Shown: in pieces, positions 22,701 to 31,895 of the stretch
How positions within the stretch are numbered: position 1 is the stretch's first letter
Layout of the letters: each line of letters starts with the position of its first letter
Program-made: the position numbers and the translations under genes
NCBI GenBank assembly: GCA_035546615.1
Contig: DASZWM010000003.1
Location: forward strand, 1 to 64,000
Direction of reading: 5' to 3'
Origin: Minisyncoccota bacterium
GTDB lineage: Bacteria; Patescibacteriota; Minisyncoccia; Phycocordibacterales; SBAW01
Length of the DNA: 64,000 bases
The notes under the pieces: model-generated
What the model was told of the DNA's origin: nothing
Database searches by the model: none
The model's input: only the letters and a program-made list of their open reading frames with translations

Positions 22701-25259
22701 ATACGACTGCCCGCTCGTATTCGTGTTCGAGATCGTATAGCGCACGCCGCGGGAATTATTGATGCTCTTCTGCACGAAGATCGATTCAAGCGAATCATAG
22801 CCGCCCACGTAGAGGTTGCCGCCGAAGTATGCGTTGCCGGTCGTGGTCGCCGCGCCGTTTACGGTCAGCCCGAGCGCGCCGCCCCCGATAGTCGTTGACG
22901 CGTAGATGCCGAGGCCGGTCGTGGTCGCGTTGGCCGGGAAGAGGTAGCTGAACGAGCTTCCCGTGCCGCCGGAGATGCCAAGGCTCGAGGTTGCGACGTT
23001 CGCCCACTTGGAGCCGTTATACACGAGCACATTGCCCACGGCAGGGGCAGAGACGAGGGTGTCCGATAGCGCGGCGAGCGCGCCCCCGCCGGCAATGCCC
23101 AGGCTCGAGGTCGCTACCAGGCTGTAGCCGCCGGAGGAATTGCCCATCAGCACCTGGCCGTAGCTTGGCGCGCTTGAAAGCCCGGTGCCACCCTGTGCTA
23201 CCCCCAGCAGTCCGCTGAGGTCCGAGAGCGGCGGAATGGAGGTGATGCCGCCGCCTCCTCCCCCGCGGCTTGAGAACTTCGGCGAGAGCGCAGCCGCCTC
23301 TATCTTGGGAAGCAGGTAGTTCGTGAGGGTTACCAGCCGCGCGGTCAGATACGCTTCTGTAACGCCGGAATTTACATTCTGCACGATGGAGTAGGTCGGA
23401 TACGACGCCTGCATGGAAATCGGCACTGAAGGAATGATGTACGCTCCAGGCGCAGAGGTAATGGGCGCGGCCGGGGCGACAGCGATGTCAGGAACGGGGG
23501 CAGGATATATGACGAACGTATTACTCTGAGTCGCTACCGCGGGCTCCTTGGGCCAGAAGAACGCCAATATGCTGTTAAAGAAACCGCCTGCAGCCGAAAG
23601 GGAGACCGAGGCGGCGTTCGCGGGCGAGGCCGGATGTCGGTCTACAGCGCCTGTAGCCGCCACATACGCGGAAGCCGTAGCGTCCGCTCCACGCGCGAGC
23701 GTCTTGCCTATCCCGCCGACCGCGGCTGCATATCCGCCTGCGGCGGTATCGGCGCCCCGTACAAAAGCTACACCTGCGGAACCTACGGCGGCGGCATAGG
23801 CATCGGCGGCCGCCTCCGCTTCGGCGACGAACCCGCGGCCTATGTCCCCTACGAGGGCCGCGTAGATGTCGGGCATTTCCTGGGCCGTCGCGACGAACTG
23901 TGCGCTAAACGCGCCGACCGCCGCCGCATACGCGTCGGACGCGGCGTTCGCTCCATTTACAAACGCCTTCCCTATACCGCCCACGGCAGACGCGTAGGCA
24001 TCCGTAACGGATCCTTCAACGGATCTGGCCATTGCATCAACCCGTAGGGCGAATGCGGGAGTAGTATTGAGCGTTTCGGCAATAAGCTGTACCCCGCCGA
24101 GGACCGTGCGCCGGTATGCGACCGACTCGCCGCCGAGGGTGGCCGCGGCTGAGGCAAGCTTCATGTACGCCTGGGCCTGGGACGCGGCCGTGTCATCAGC
24201 GCCCCGCACAAAGGCCACGCTTGCCCGGCCGTATGCTGTCGCGGCGGCATCCGCGAGCGAAAGCGACTGCCTGCTGAACCGCGAAAGCGAGGCGACATAC
24301 GCGTCCCGCGCGGCCTCCGCAGAGGCGACGAATGTAACGTACCCGGCGTTCTGCCACTCCGCGAGCGCGTCCGCAGCGTATGCGATGCCGCGGTGGACAG
24401 CGGCGACCTCGCTTGCGAAGCGGGTGAGATTTTCGGTTATGAAAAGATACGGAAGCGAAGCGACAGCCAAAACAGGCGATATGACCTTATCTGTCGCGAT
24501 AGTTTGCACAATGCCGGAGCGGCTTCCGCCGGACGCGTACGACGGCGCTTCAGGAACGGCGATAACCGGAATGGGCCGCGCCGAAGCGACAGCCGCCGCC
24601 ATGAAGAGCGTATTCCCAAGCGCGGCGGTGTGGGAGCCCGCACCACCAAGAACGTCGGTCCCCTTTTCCTGCTTTTTAAAACCGTCTTTCTCAGCGGCTG
24701 CCGGCATCAGCGGCTCCCATGCTGACGGGGATGACTTTTGCGGATACAGCTCCGCTACCGCAACTATGCCTGATGCGACATTGCGCTGCAGTGACGCGGC
24801 CCTCTCCCCAGCTAGCTGAAGCGCGGCCCCGCCCCAAGCCCCCGACGCGTACCCGGCGCCCACGAAAAAGAGCCCGAGCGCGAATGCGAGCCCGTATACA
24901 TGCGGCTCGTGGGCGACGAACGGGCTCTTTACCGGCTGCGGCTCGGCCGGAGCTTCTTCGGGAGCTTGTGAAAAAACAGGCGCGCGCTCATGATACTCGC
25001 GCTTAAGCTTATTCGAAAGCGCAGCCTTGCGCGTCGTACGCTCTTCATCCGCGCTGCGTATGTACGCTTCCAGGGATTCAATGCTCACATAGCGCGAGCG
25101 GCCTACCAACGTGCCCGCTATCTTGCCCTTGCGGCACAGGGACGCAATATGGTCGTTGGTCAGGTTAAAGCGCGCCGCGGCCTCTACAGCGGAAATATAC
25201 CCGCCGGGAACGGCAGGCGGCGTTTGTGCTGATTGTGATACGGGGTTAGGGTCTTGCAT
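19785..25259 (-). CDS. giant (1824 aa) membrane-anchored surface protein: N-terminal HTH, TM, Ala-rich repeats, tail-fibre-like GTTSPY repeats, C-terminal intramolecular chaperone (S74-like) domain and Pro-rich tail
   Basis: HTH 'ISAVEAAARFNLTNDHIASLCRKGKIAGTLVGRSRYVSIESLEAY'. TM segment 'YGLAFALGLFFVGAGYASGA'. Repeated 'AYAAAVG..FVRGAD' units. Motifs 'GIGTTSPYAxLSVVG' x5. Near the C-terminus 'CSGCSSDQRLKKDIETLP..VSFRW', resembling the Ser-Lys dyad region of endosialidase/tail-spike chaperone domains. Confidence 0.8.
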   Translation of the reverse strand: MQDPNPVSQSAQTPPAVPGGYISAVEAAARFNLTNDHIASLCRKGKIAGTLVGRSRYVSIESLEAYIRSADEERTTRKAALSNKLKREYHERAPVFSQAPEEAPAEPQPVKSPFVAHEPHVYGLAFALGLFFVGAGYASGAWGGAALQLAGERAASLQRNVASGIVAVAELYPQKSSPSAWEPLMPAAAEKDGFKKQEKGTDVLGGAGSHTAALGNTLFMAAAVASARPIPVIAVPEAPSYASGGSRSGIVQTIATDKVISPVLAVASLPYLFITENLTRFASEVAAVHRGIAYAADALAEWQNAGYVTFVASAEAARDAYVASLSRFSRQSLSLADAAATAYGRASVAFVRGADDTAASQAQAYMKLASAAATLGGESVAYRRTVLGGVQLIAETLNTTPAFALRVDAMARSVEGSVTDAYASAVGGIGKAFVNGANAASDAYAAAVGAFSAQFVATAQEMPDIYAALVGDIGRGFVAEAEAAADAYAAAVGSAGVAFVRGADTAAGGYAAAVGGIGKTLARGADATASAYVAATGAVDRHPASPANAASVSLSAAGGFFNSILAFFWPKEPAVATQSNTFVIYPAPVPDIAVAPAAPITSAPGAYIIPSVPISMQASYPTYSIVQNVNSGVTEAYLTARLVTLTNYLLPKIEAAALSPKFSSRGGGGGGITSIPPLSDLSGLLGVAQGGTGLSSAPSYGQVLMGNSSGGYSLVATSSLGIAGGGALAALSDTLVSAPAVGNVLVYNGSKWANVATSSLGISGGTGSSFSYLFPANATTTGLGIYASTTIGGGALGLTVNGAATTTGNAYFGGNLYVGGYDSLESIFVQKSINNSRGVRYTISNTNTSGQSYAGAILYANNSAVASQFYADGLGTGPLGTPGFYLGNFTNHPIGFFTNNTEKMRLTADGNLAVGTTSPYARLTVWGASSSSGNALEIANSASTSLLTLSNAGVLSVGTNGSNAFTVDAATGSTTIANLSIGNLNFDTNAGVVALSNIPVDSNAAAGVIQSQSINIGDTSVLTAYGESDGSGGVQNLRVGIGTTSPYAALSVVGRAVASYFTAVTNATNTFPWLLSTGATTTSQYITGLAAPAGAFLAVDPFGKLIATTTPLSGGGASFSYLFPSNATSTALTFSGGIDMSNSNISNVNQLSFYNGATQLQNITNQYNQQGLRLKDGSTYANLFPQYRDASGSVAAQSGDILIATSTNVGISFYAKSLFSVLAASTTIGNATQATGLTISGGATTTGNAYFAGTVGIGVASPTVALDVSGTGAFTNGIFARSGTFSYTSGTGLTAAYDSSNDRSYLFSGNTTGSVVLSTKPFYLYGSKFTFTNNNSTSNFTVDTTGNVGIGTTSPLALLTVATPNGATGSLVNLFLIASSTQAGATTTLFTVTNSGNVGIGTTSPYAKLSVVGETVSTFFTATSTTATSTIAGGLNVGSGQLTYDFSSGITSINNLAVGAFNFDTDAGIVSWADLPISSNASAGTVESYTANVGGQGVLTVYGEADGSGGAQNLRIGIGTTTPWRAFSTELGTDQGIFSGTNAIPLTLERRTATANVGIEFRDAANSWFAGKDSNNNFSLNTSSNLASSPKLTLTTGGALTVASCSGCSSDQRLKKDIETLPQTMLEKLLALRPVSFRWAGPVFGVDLSTSTTQYGFIAQEAQVTFPNLVTRDVATPLTPGGTYLFNYEGLISPIVVAIQEMASITGVFRDNLIGWLANAANGITKLFAKEVHTDMLCVGDVCVTQDQFLAIVQASGVTPGQNGGDAPPSGDDDTASSTPPTPPEDNGSQASSTPPAPADPAPQDPAPSDEQPPADSQPTDQQE

Positions 25260-25558
25260 CGCGGTGAGACTTCATCTCGCCTGGCGATATGACCAAAAAA
25301 AGAAGGCCAAATCGCCGTTCGGCGGTTTGCCCTGTTAGTCATCACTATACGGCCAACCCTGTTTTCAGTAAAAGACTGAGCCTGTGGATAAGGGGCCGCT
25401 CGCTTGCGCAGTGGAGGAGCCGGATATTTTCCTGGTGGAAAATTCCTTAGCCTCGAGCCGTCGCTCTGCGGAACTCCTCAACTGCGCAAACTCGCTTTCG
25501 ATGTTCGAACCCTTCACTGCCGAGATTCGTTGCAAATACTAGATATATCGGATACAGG

Positions 25559-27343
25559 CTATTCGCTTTTGACCATCTTGAGGAAGACCTCCTCCGGGAT
25601 ATTGACCGTGCCCCGCTCCTTCATTTTCGCCTTCCCTTTCTTCTGCTTCTCCCACAGCTTCATCTTGCGGGTGCGGTCGCCGCCGTACATATGCTGGGTG
25701 ACGTTCTTGCTCATTGCCGGAAGCGTCCGGGAGGAAATGATGCGCCCGAGCGCCACGCCCTGGATTTTGGCGGCGAACATCTGGCGCGGAAGGATGCCGT
25801 ACAGCTTCTCTACCGCGGCAATAGCCTCGGCTTCCACGCGATGCCTGGCGACGATGCGGGAGAATGCCGGGACTATCTCCTCGGCGACAAAGATATCCAG
25901 GCGCGCGACATCCGCCACGCGCAGCTCTTTCATCTCGTACGAGATGGAGGCGTAGCCGGCGGATATGCTTTTCATCTTGTCGAAGAAGTTCCGCATGAGC
26001 TCGCGCAGGGGCATCACGACTCGCACCATCATGCGCTCTTCCGAAAATACTTCCGTCGATTCAACGACCGCCTCGTGCTCGAAGAGAAGCGGCGTGATGC
26101 TCCCCACTTGGTCGGCGGGCAGGATTATTTCCGCCGATACGAACGGCTCCCATACTTGTTTGATGTCGCCGTATGCGGGAAACGCCGAAGGCGAGTATAT
26201 GGTGCGGCGCTTGCCGTCCGAAGTCTCAACCTCGTACGTTATGGTCGGCGTCGTCACGACAAGAGAAAGATTGAACTCGCGGCGCAGGCGCTCGGTAATT
26301 ATTTCAAGGTGGAGCATGCCGAGGAGCCCGCAGCGGAATCCCCTGCCGAGCATGCCGCTTGCCTCTTCCTCGAAGGACAGCGACGAATCCGAAAGGCGCA
26401 GGCGTGAGAGCGACTGCTTGAGCTGGGTAAAGTCGTCCTGCGACTCCGGATACACGCTCGCCCACACAACAGGCTTCGGCTCCGCGTAGCCGGAGAGCGG
26501 CGGCGTCTGCGACGCGCGCTCGCGGATGGTGTCGCCCACGCGCGCCACGCCCGGCTCCTTGATGCCGGTCACGATGTAGCCGATCGAGCCCGCGCCAAGG
26601 CTATCGCTCGCCACGGGCTTGGGCGAGAACGTTCCGACCTCAAGCGCCTGGAACCGCTTGCCGCTTATCGCGAATTCAAGCGCATCTCCTTTTTTTATAA
26701 TTCCGCCGAACATCCGCAGATACACGATGACGCCCTGATGGTCGGAGTATTGGAAATCAAAGATGAGCGCCTGCGGCTGCCTGATGTCCGCGTCTTTGGG
26801 AGGCGGCACACGCTTGATGATGGCGCGCAGAAGCTTTTCCACCCCCTCTCCCGTTCTGCCTGAGCAGAGCAATATGTCGTCCTCGGCTATTTCAAGCAGC
26901 TTCGCTACCTGCGCCTTTACCGCCGTAACATCCGAAAGCGGCGAATCTATCTTGGAGAGGGCCGGAATGATGACCAGCCCGAGGTCGCGCGCGGCCCGCA
27001 GGGTCGTCAGCGTCTGAGCCTGCACGCCCTGCGTGGCGTCCACCAGGAGTATTGCGCCTTCGACCGCCGTAAGCGCGCGGGAAACTTCGTAGGAAAAGTC
27101 GATATGCCCCGGCGTATCTATGAGGTTGAGCTCGTACTGTGTGCCCTCAAGCGCGTACTGCATCCGGACAGGCTGCATCTTTATAGTGATGCCGCGCTCG
27201 CGCTCGAGGTCCATGGAATCGAGCACCTGATCGCGCATCTGGCGGGCCTCTATCGTATGGGTAACCTCAAGAAACCGGTCGGCAAGCGTGGACTTGCCGT
27301 GGTCGATGTGCGCGATTATGGAGAAGTTGCGTATGTGTTCCAT
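25559..27343 (-). CDS. lepA: elongation factor 4 (LepA)
   Basis: 'MEHIRNFSIIAHIDHGKSTLADRFL' G1 motif, G domains and the LepA-specific C-terminal region. Confidence 0.95.
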   Translation of the reverse strand: MEHIRNFSIIAHIDHGKSTLADRFLEVTHTIEARQMRDQVLDSMDLERERGITIKMQPVRMQYALEGTQYELNLIDTPGHIDFSYEVSRALTAVEGAILLVDATQGVQAQTLTTLRAARDLGLVIIPALSKIDSPLSDVTAVKAQVAKLLEIAEDDILLCSGRTGEGVEKLLRAIIKRVPPPKDADIRQPQALIFDFQYSDHQGVIVYLRMFGGIIKKGDALEFAISGKRFQALEVGTFSPKPVASDSLGAGSIGYIVTGIKEPGVARVGDTIRERASQTPPLSGYAEPKPVVWASVYPESQDDFTQLKQSLSRLRLSDSSLSFEEEASGMLGRGFRCGLLGMLHLEIITERLRREFNLSLVVTTPTITYEVETSDGKRRTIYSPSAFPAYGDIKQVWEPFVSAEIILPADQVGSITPLLFEHEAVVESTEVFSEERMMVRVVMPLRELMRNFFDKMKSISAGYASISYEMKELRVADVARLDIFVAEEIVPAFSRIVARHRVEAEAIAAVEKLYGILPRQMFAAKIQGVALGRIISSRTLPAMSKNVTQHMYGGDRTRKMKLWEKQKKGKAKMKERGTVNIPEEVFLKMVKSE

Positions 27344-27396
27344 ATATATAGTATGCCCGACTTCGGTCGGGCGCGGGGTCGTGCGGGCCGGGCGGC

Positions 27397-29079
27397 CTAC
27401 GCGACGTCGCTGGGCTCGACCGCGATGGTCTGCGAGCCCTTGAGCTTCCTGCCGAAGGCGCCCGCTATCTCGGAAAGCTCGCGGCTCTTCAGGAGGCGCA
27501 GTATGCCCGCGGCGGCTATAAGGCCGACGCAGCCCGAAACGGCGCCTTGGAAGACGATACCTAACAGGGTCTGGGTGTCAACCACGGGCTCGAAGAACTG
27601 GAGCATGGCATACGCGCACGCTCCCCCGATAACGGCCGCCGAAAAGCTCTGGAAAAAGAGCCTTCCCACCCCGGCAAGCGGAAGCCTGAAGTCGCGCCTG
27701 AGCAGGAAGAGCCCCAGGCCGCACTGCACAAGGGAGCCGACGGTAACGCCGAGCGCAAGCATGAGCACCGCGGTGCCGGGCACGTTGGCCACGCGCAGCA
27801 TGGCTTCCACGAAGGCCCTGAAGAATCCGCTTCCCTCAAATACGGACAGGAAGAAAAGCGCCGCCGAAACGGATACGACTATGTTGACGACGCCGAGCAC
27901 CAGCGGCTTCACCGTATTGCCCGCCGCGTAGTATGCGCGCGCGACCAGCAGATATAGGGACTGCGCCAGAAGCGATACGACGAAAAGCGCGAGCGCGGCG
28001 GCGGTGAGCCTGGTCGCCGACCAGTCGAACGCTCCCCCGCCGAGCACCGCGCGCACCAGGTGCGCGCGCAGGACGATGATGAGCACGGTCGCCGGAAGCG
28101 ACCAGAATATCATATGCCGGAGCGCCGCCTCTACGTGGCGAACGAACTCTTCCTTGTGGCCCGCCGCGAAGAAGCGCGAGAGCGTCGGGAACGCGGCGAC
28201 CGAGTACGAGACGCCGATGATGGTGAGCGGCACGGCCTGGAGGTTGGACGCGAACGTGAAGACGGCGATGGAGCCCACCGACAGGAGCGAGGCGATAGCT
28301 ACGATGCACAGGAGGGCGAGCTGCCCGGCCGCCAGCGAGAACGTGCGCGGTATCGAGAGCGCCAGCACCTCGCGCAGTATCTTCAGGGTCTCGCGCAGGG
28401 GCAGCGTCTGCTCGGCCTTTTCGCCGAAGAAGAACGGCGCCTGCACCAGGGCGTGCAGGAACGCGCCGATAACGACCCCCCACCCGAGGCCCGTGAGGCC
28501 GAGCGTCGGGTACAGGAATATGATGCCGAATATGATGCCGAGGTTGTATAAGAGCGGGCTTATGGAGTACAGCAGGAAGCGGTGCCTCATCTGCGTGAGG
28601 TTGGCGAAGAGATTCGATATCCCGAGCAGTATCGGCTGGAGCAGGAGGATGCGCGTAAGAGCTACAAGGGCCGCGCCGCCCTCCCCGTGCGCCACGCCCG
28701 GAACCACGAGCGCCACGAGCTGGGGGGCGAATAACCATACGACGCCGGCGATGACGGCCATCGCCAGGAAGAATAGCAGCAATGTGTTGCGCAGGAACGC
28801 GATGACGAGGCTCGGATGCCGTGCCTCAAGCCGCGACAGGACCGGCAGGAGCGCGTAGAGCGACAGGAGCGAGGCGACGGTCGCGAAGAGGAAGTCCGGG
28901 ATGCGGAACGCCGCGTAATAGAGGTCGAGCGTGTGGCCGGCGCCGAAGGCGCTGGCGAGCAGGCGGTCGCGCAGGAGCGCGAGCAGCTGGGAGCCCAGCG
29001 CGAACCCGGCCAGCACGTATGCGGCCTGATGCATGCCTCGCGCCTCCTGATTGACTACCGATAGGAAGGAGCGAACCAT
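27397..29079 (-). CDS. murJ: lipid II flippase MurJ (MviN family)
   Basis: 'AAYVLAGFALGSQLLALLRDRLLASAFGAGHTLDLYYAAFRIPDFLF' N-terminus and about 14 TM segments. Confidence 0.85.
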   Translation of the reverse strand: MVRSFLSVVNQEARGMHQAAYVLAGFALGSQLLALLRDRLLASAFGAGHTLDLYYAAFRIPDFLFATVASLLSLYALLPVLSRLEARHPSLVIAFLRNTLLLFFLAMAVIAGVVWLFAPQLVALVVPGVAHGEGGAALVALTRILLLQPILLGISNLFANLTQMRHRFLLYSISPLLYNLGIIFGIIFLYPTLGLTGLGWGVVIGAFLHALVQAPFFFGEKAEQTLPLRETLKILREVLALSIPRTFSLAAGQLALLCIVAIASLLSVGSIAVFTFASNLQAVPLTIIGVSYSVAAFPTLSRFFAAGHKEEFVRHVEAALRHMIFWSLPATVLIIVLRAHLVRAVLGGGAFDWSATRLTAAALALFVVSLLAQSLYLLVARAYYAAGNTVKPLVLGVVNIVVSVSAALFFLSVFEGSGFFRAFVEAMLRVANVPGTAVLMLALGVTVGSLVQCGLGLFLLRRDFRLPLAGVGRLFFQSFSAAVIGGACAYAMLQFFEPVVDTQTLLGIVFQGAVSGCVGLIAAAGILRLLKSRELSEIAGAFGRKLKGSQTIAVEPSDVA

Positions 29080-29086
29080 CTCGTTG

Positions 29087-31468
29087 TTACTCGGCTATCG
29101 GCGCGGTAGCGCGGTCTTCGGGAGGAGTGGTAGCCGGCGGCACAGCGGATTCAAACGGCGGCTTGCCCGCGCGAAGGTTGCCCAGTATCAGCTGCACCTC
29201 GGCGCTGTCCGGATTGCTGCGAGCAAGGTCCTCGAACTGCTTGATGGCGTCAGCGGTGCGCTTCTGCGCGTAATACGAGAGGCCGAGGAAGTATTTGGCG
29301 TTCGCGTATTCCGGCACGAGAGTGATAGCCTGCTCGAGCGGCGCTATCGCGTGCGCGGTATCCGATGCCGAGTAATACAGGAGGCCGAGCTCGAACCAGA
29401 TGCTTGCCACTCCGGGCGCCGATTGCGCTGCGGCGGTCGCGGCCTGAATGGCGCTCGGCAGGTCGTTCTGCGCGACATTAAGCTGCACCAGGAAGAGGAT
29501 GGCATCCGTGTAGTTGGGCTTCAGCGTAAGCGCCTTGCCTAGGAATTCCTGCACGCCGGCTACGTTGTTCTGGCCCACTTCCAGCCGCGCGATGAGGAGC
29601 GGTATCTGCGGGTTGTTCGGATTGTACTTCGCGGCGTTGAGATACGACTCCTTCGCCTTCTCGTAGGCGCCCTGCACCTTGAGCGACGCGAAGAGCTCGT
29701 ACAGCTGGCCGAGCAGCAGGTGCGAGCGGTAATCGGCGGGGTCCTTTTCTATGAGCGCCTGGCCGCTCGTAACCGCCTGCTGTGCGAGCGTGGCAAACTG
29801 CGCCTGCACGTCGGCGATGTTAGGCGCCTTCGAATCCGTAGAAGCCAGCTGCTGGAGCTTGTTTATGTCGGCGGTTACCGCAAGCCTGAGCGGGTTGGCG
29901 TTGCTCTTTTCAATGCCGCCGGCGCTTGAGGCCTTCGCGAGCGCGCCGTCGAAGTCCCCCGCCTGGAGCGCAACCGAACCCTGGCCAACCATCGTTTCCG
30001 CAACGAGATGGCGCACGGACATGAAGCTCGCCCACAAGGCGACGAGAAGGAGAAGCGGCATGGCAAGCAGCATGGCAATGCGGTGCAGGCGGGACGGCTC
30101 CGCGGCCTCCTCCTCTTCCGCGCGGGCGCGGCCTTGCCGCCAGAGGAATCCGAACGCCGCGCCCGAAAGCGCGAGCCCGAGGATAATGGCGTTCTGGCTC
30201 GGGATATAGAATATGAGCGACGCATAGAAGAACAGGGTTGCGAGGCTTATCGTCGTTGCCACTACCTTTTCCTCGCGGCTTAAGACCCGCAGGCGCACGG
30301 CGCGCATCAGCCCCGCCAGCACCAGGCCGAGCGGTATGAGCCAGGCGAGCACGCCCAGGAAGCCGACGGTGCCGAGCACGGTCAGGAGCATTGAGAATCC
30401 GACGTTGAAGTCCAGGCTCCAGAAGGCGGACTGGTTCACCTCAGCCGGCTTATGCGCAAGCCACGAGTCGCCGAAGGTGTTGGGGCCGGTACCCGCTATC
30501 AGGCGCTTGAACGAGCCGCCGCGGGCATCGTCGACTATCTGCAGGGTCGATTGATACGACGGGCGCACCTCAAGGGATGACACCGGAAATATGCGGGTAA
30601 GCTGGGTATTGACGAGCGGCCCCGCGAACAGGAATACAACGGCCGCTACGGCGCCGCCGACTGACCACCACGGAACGCGTTCGAGCATGGCCTGCGCAGC
30701 GGGCCCGGATGCGCCTATTTCCGCGTACATGGGCTCTTCGGCCTTTTGCGTAAGGAATTTGACGATGGCGAGCGCGATGGAGCCGGCCAGGATGAACGCC
30801 CACACGACACTGAAGTTAACGACCGCCAAAAGGAGCGCGAGCGCGGCGATGCCCGCCCCTATAAGAATGCGGCGCGCGAGCGCCTTGGGGAGCGCCAGCT
30901 CCGCACGCACGAGCAGGAACAGGAGCGCCAGCCCCGCCAAAAGCCCGAGATCGTTCCATTTGCCCAGCACGTTCACCGAGCGGTCCGCGAAGACCGAGAA
31001 CGGAATAACGGTAGCGCCGAAGAGTATGACTATCCATTGGAACAGGCTTGCGGCCACAAGCGCGCCAAGCGCCACTCCCAGAAGGAGCTTTGCCGTGCGC
31101 AGCGTGCGGAACATGAGGAATGCAGACAGAAACGCGATGAAGCCCAGCACGGTAAACAGGATGGTGTCGGCCTCTATCCCCGACCCGATGAGCGCAAGCG
31201 CCTGATTGGTCGAGAAATACGCCGATACTATATATGAGAGCGGGAGCAGGCCCACCAGCAAGGCGAGCTTCAGGCCGTGCGCGCGCAGCATGTCGCGAGA
31301 GCCGCCGCTGAGGCCGTACATGAACAGCGCCGCGAACGCCAACACGGCGAACAGCGCGAGCTTTGCAACCTGGAACGGGAACCAGGCCGTTGGGATAAGG
31401 AAAACCAGCACAAGCACCAGCGCCGCGAGATACACGTACCGCGACCACTCCATGAGTCGTGAATGCAT
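29087..31468 (-). CDS. polytopic membrane protein (O-antigen-ligase-like) with C-terminal TPR repeats
   Basis: The N-terminal ~400 aa has many TM helices. The C-terminal half carries multiple TPR-like 'A..Y.LG..Y' repeats. The O-antigen-ligase-like call is tentative. Confidence 0.55.
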   Translation of the reverse strand: MHSRLMEWSRYVYLAALVLVLVFLIPTAWFPFQVAKLALFAVLAFAALFMYGLSGGSRDMLRAHGLKLALLVGLLPLSYIVSAYFSTNQALALIGSGIEADTILFTVLGFIAFLSAFLMFRTLRTAKLLLGVALGALVAASLFQWIVILFGATVIPFSVFADRSVNVLGKWNDLGLLAGLALLFLLVRAELALPKALARRILIGAGIAALALLLAVVNFSVVWAFILAGSIALAIVKFLTQKAEEPMYAEIGASGPAAQAMLERVPWWSVGGAVAAVVFLFAGPLVNTQLTRIFPVSSLEVRPSYQSTLQIVDDARGGSFKRLIAGTGPNTFGDSWLAHKPAEVNQSAFWSLDFNVGFSMLLTVLGTVGFLGVLAWLIPLGLVLAGLMRAVRLRVLSREEKVVATTISLATLFFYASLIFYIPSQNAIILGLALSGAAFGFLWRQGRARAEEEEAAEPSRLHRIAMLLAMPLLLLVALWASFMSVRHLVAETMVGQGSVALQAGDFDGALAKASSAGGIEKSNANPLRLAVTADINKLQQLASTDSKAPNIADVQAQFATLAQQAVTSGQALIEKDPADYRSHLLLGQLYELFASLKVQGAYEKAKESYLNAAKYNPNNPQIPLLIARLEVGQNNVAGVQEFLGKALTLKPNYTDAILFLVQLNVAQNDLPSAIQAATAAAQSAPGVASIWFELGLLYYSASDTAHAIAPLEQAITLVPEYANAKYFLGLSYYAQKRTADAIKQFEDLARSNPDSAEVQLILGNLRAGKPPFESAVPPATTPPEDRATAPIAE

Positions 31469-31591
31469 ATACGATAATGTTACGAGGGGAACGATACCCC
31501 TCTCTTCTATTAATACTGCCTATTCCAGTATACCCCCTCCGCAGGGTGTCCAGCTGAATTACGCACAGGCAAAAAGTGTGGTATAATGAAA

Positions 31592-31892
31592 CCTAGCGCA
31601 TTGAGCAGCAGCTCCGGCCGCAAGGCGGGAGAGGAAAGTCCGAACACTTCGCGCGGCAGCGATGCCGCGCAACGGTAGCAGGTAACGCCTGTCGTTTGCT
31701 TCTGGCGGGCAAAAGGGGTGCGAACAGTGACGAACCGGTTAAGTCCGGGTGAAACGGCTAAATCCCTATCGGAGTGCAAGGCCGTGCCTGAGGGGCAACC
31801 CTTGGGAGTGCCGCTTGAGGCCGCGGGCGACCGCGGTCCCAGATAAATTGCCGCTCAAGACAGAATTCGGCTTACAGATGCGCGCGCTAGAT
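31592..31892 (+). ncRNA. rnpB: RNase P RNA (bacterial type, compact)
   Basis: P4 strands 'GAGAGGAAAGTCCGAACAC' and 'ACAGAATTCGGCTTAC'. Also 'GCAGGTAACGCCTG' and 'GGGTGAAACGGCTAAATCCC'. Ends 'CTAGCGCA..TGCGCGCGCTAG' form P1. A 'TATAAT' at 31582-31587 lies just upstream. Confidence 0.8.
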
Positions 31893-31895
31893 GTG

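Noticed and set aside
25404-25955. 183-aa plus-strand ORF upstream of/overlapping lepA 3' end
   Set aside because: It overlaps the lepA coding sequence in antisense and has a low-complexity translation. The intergenic part instead contains a lepA terminator hairpin (25302..25332).
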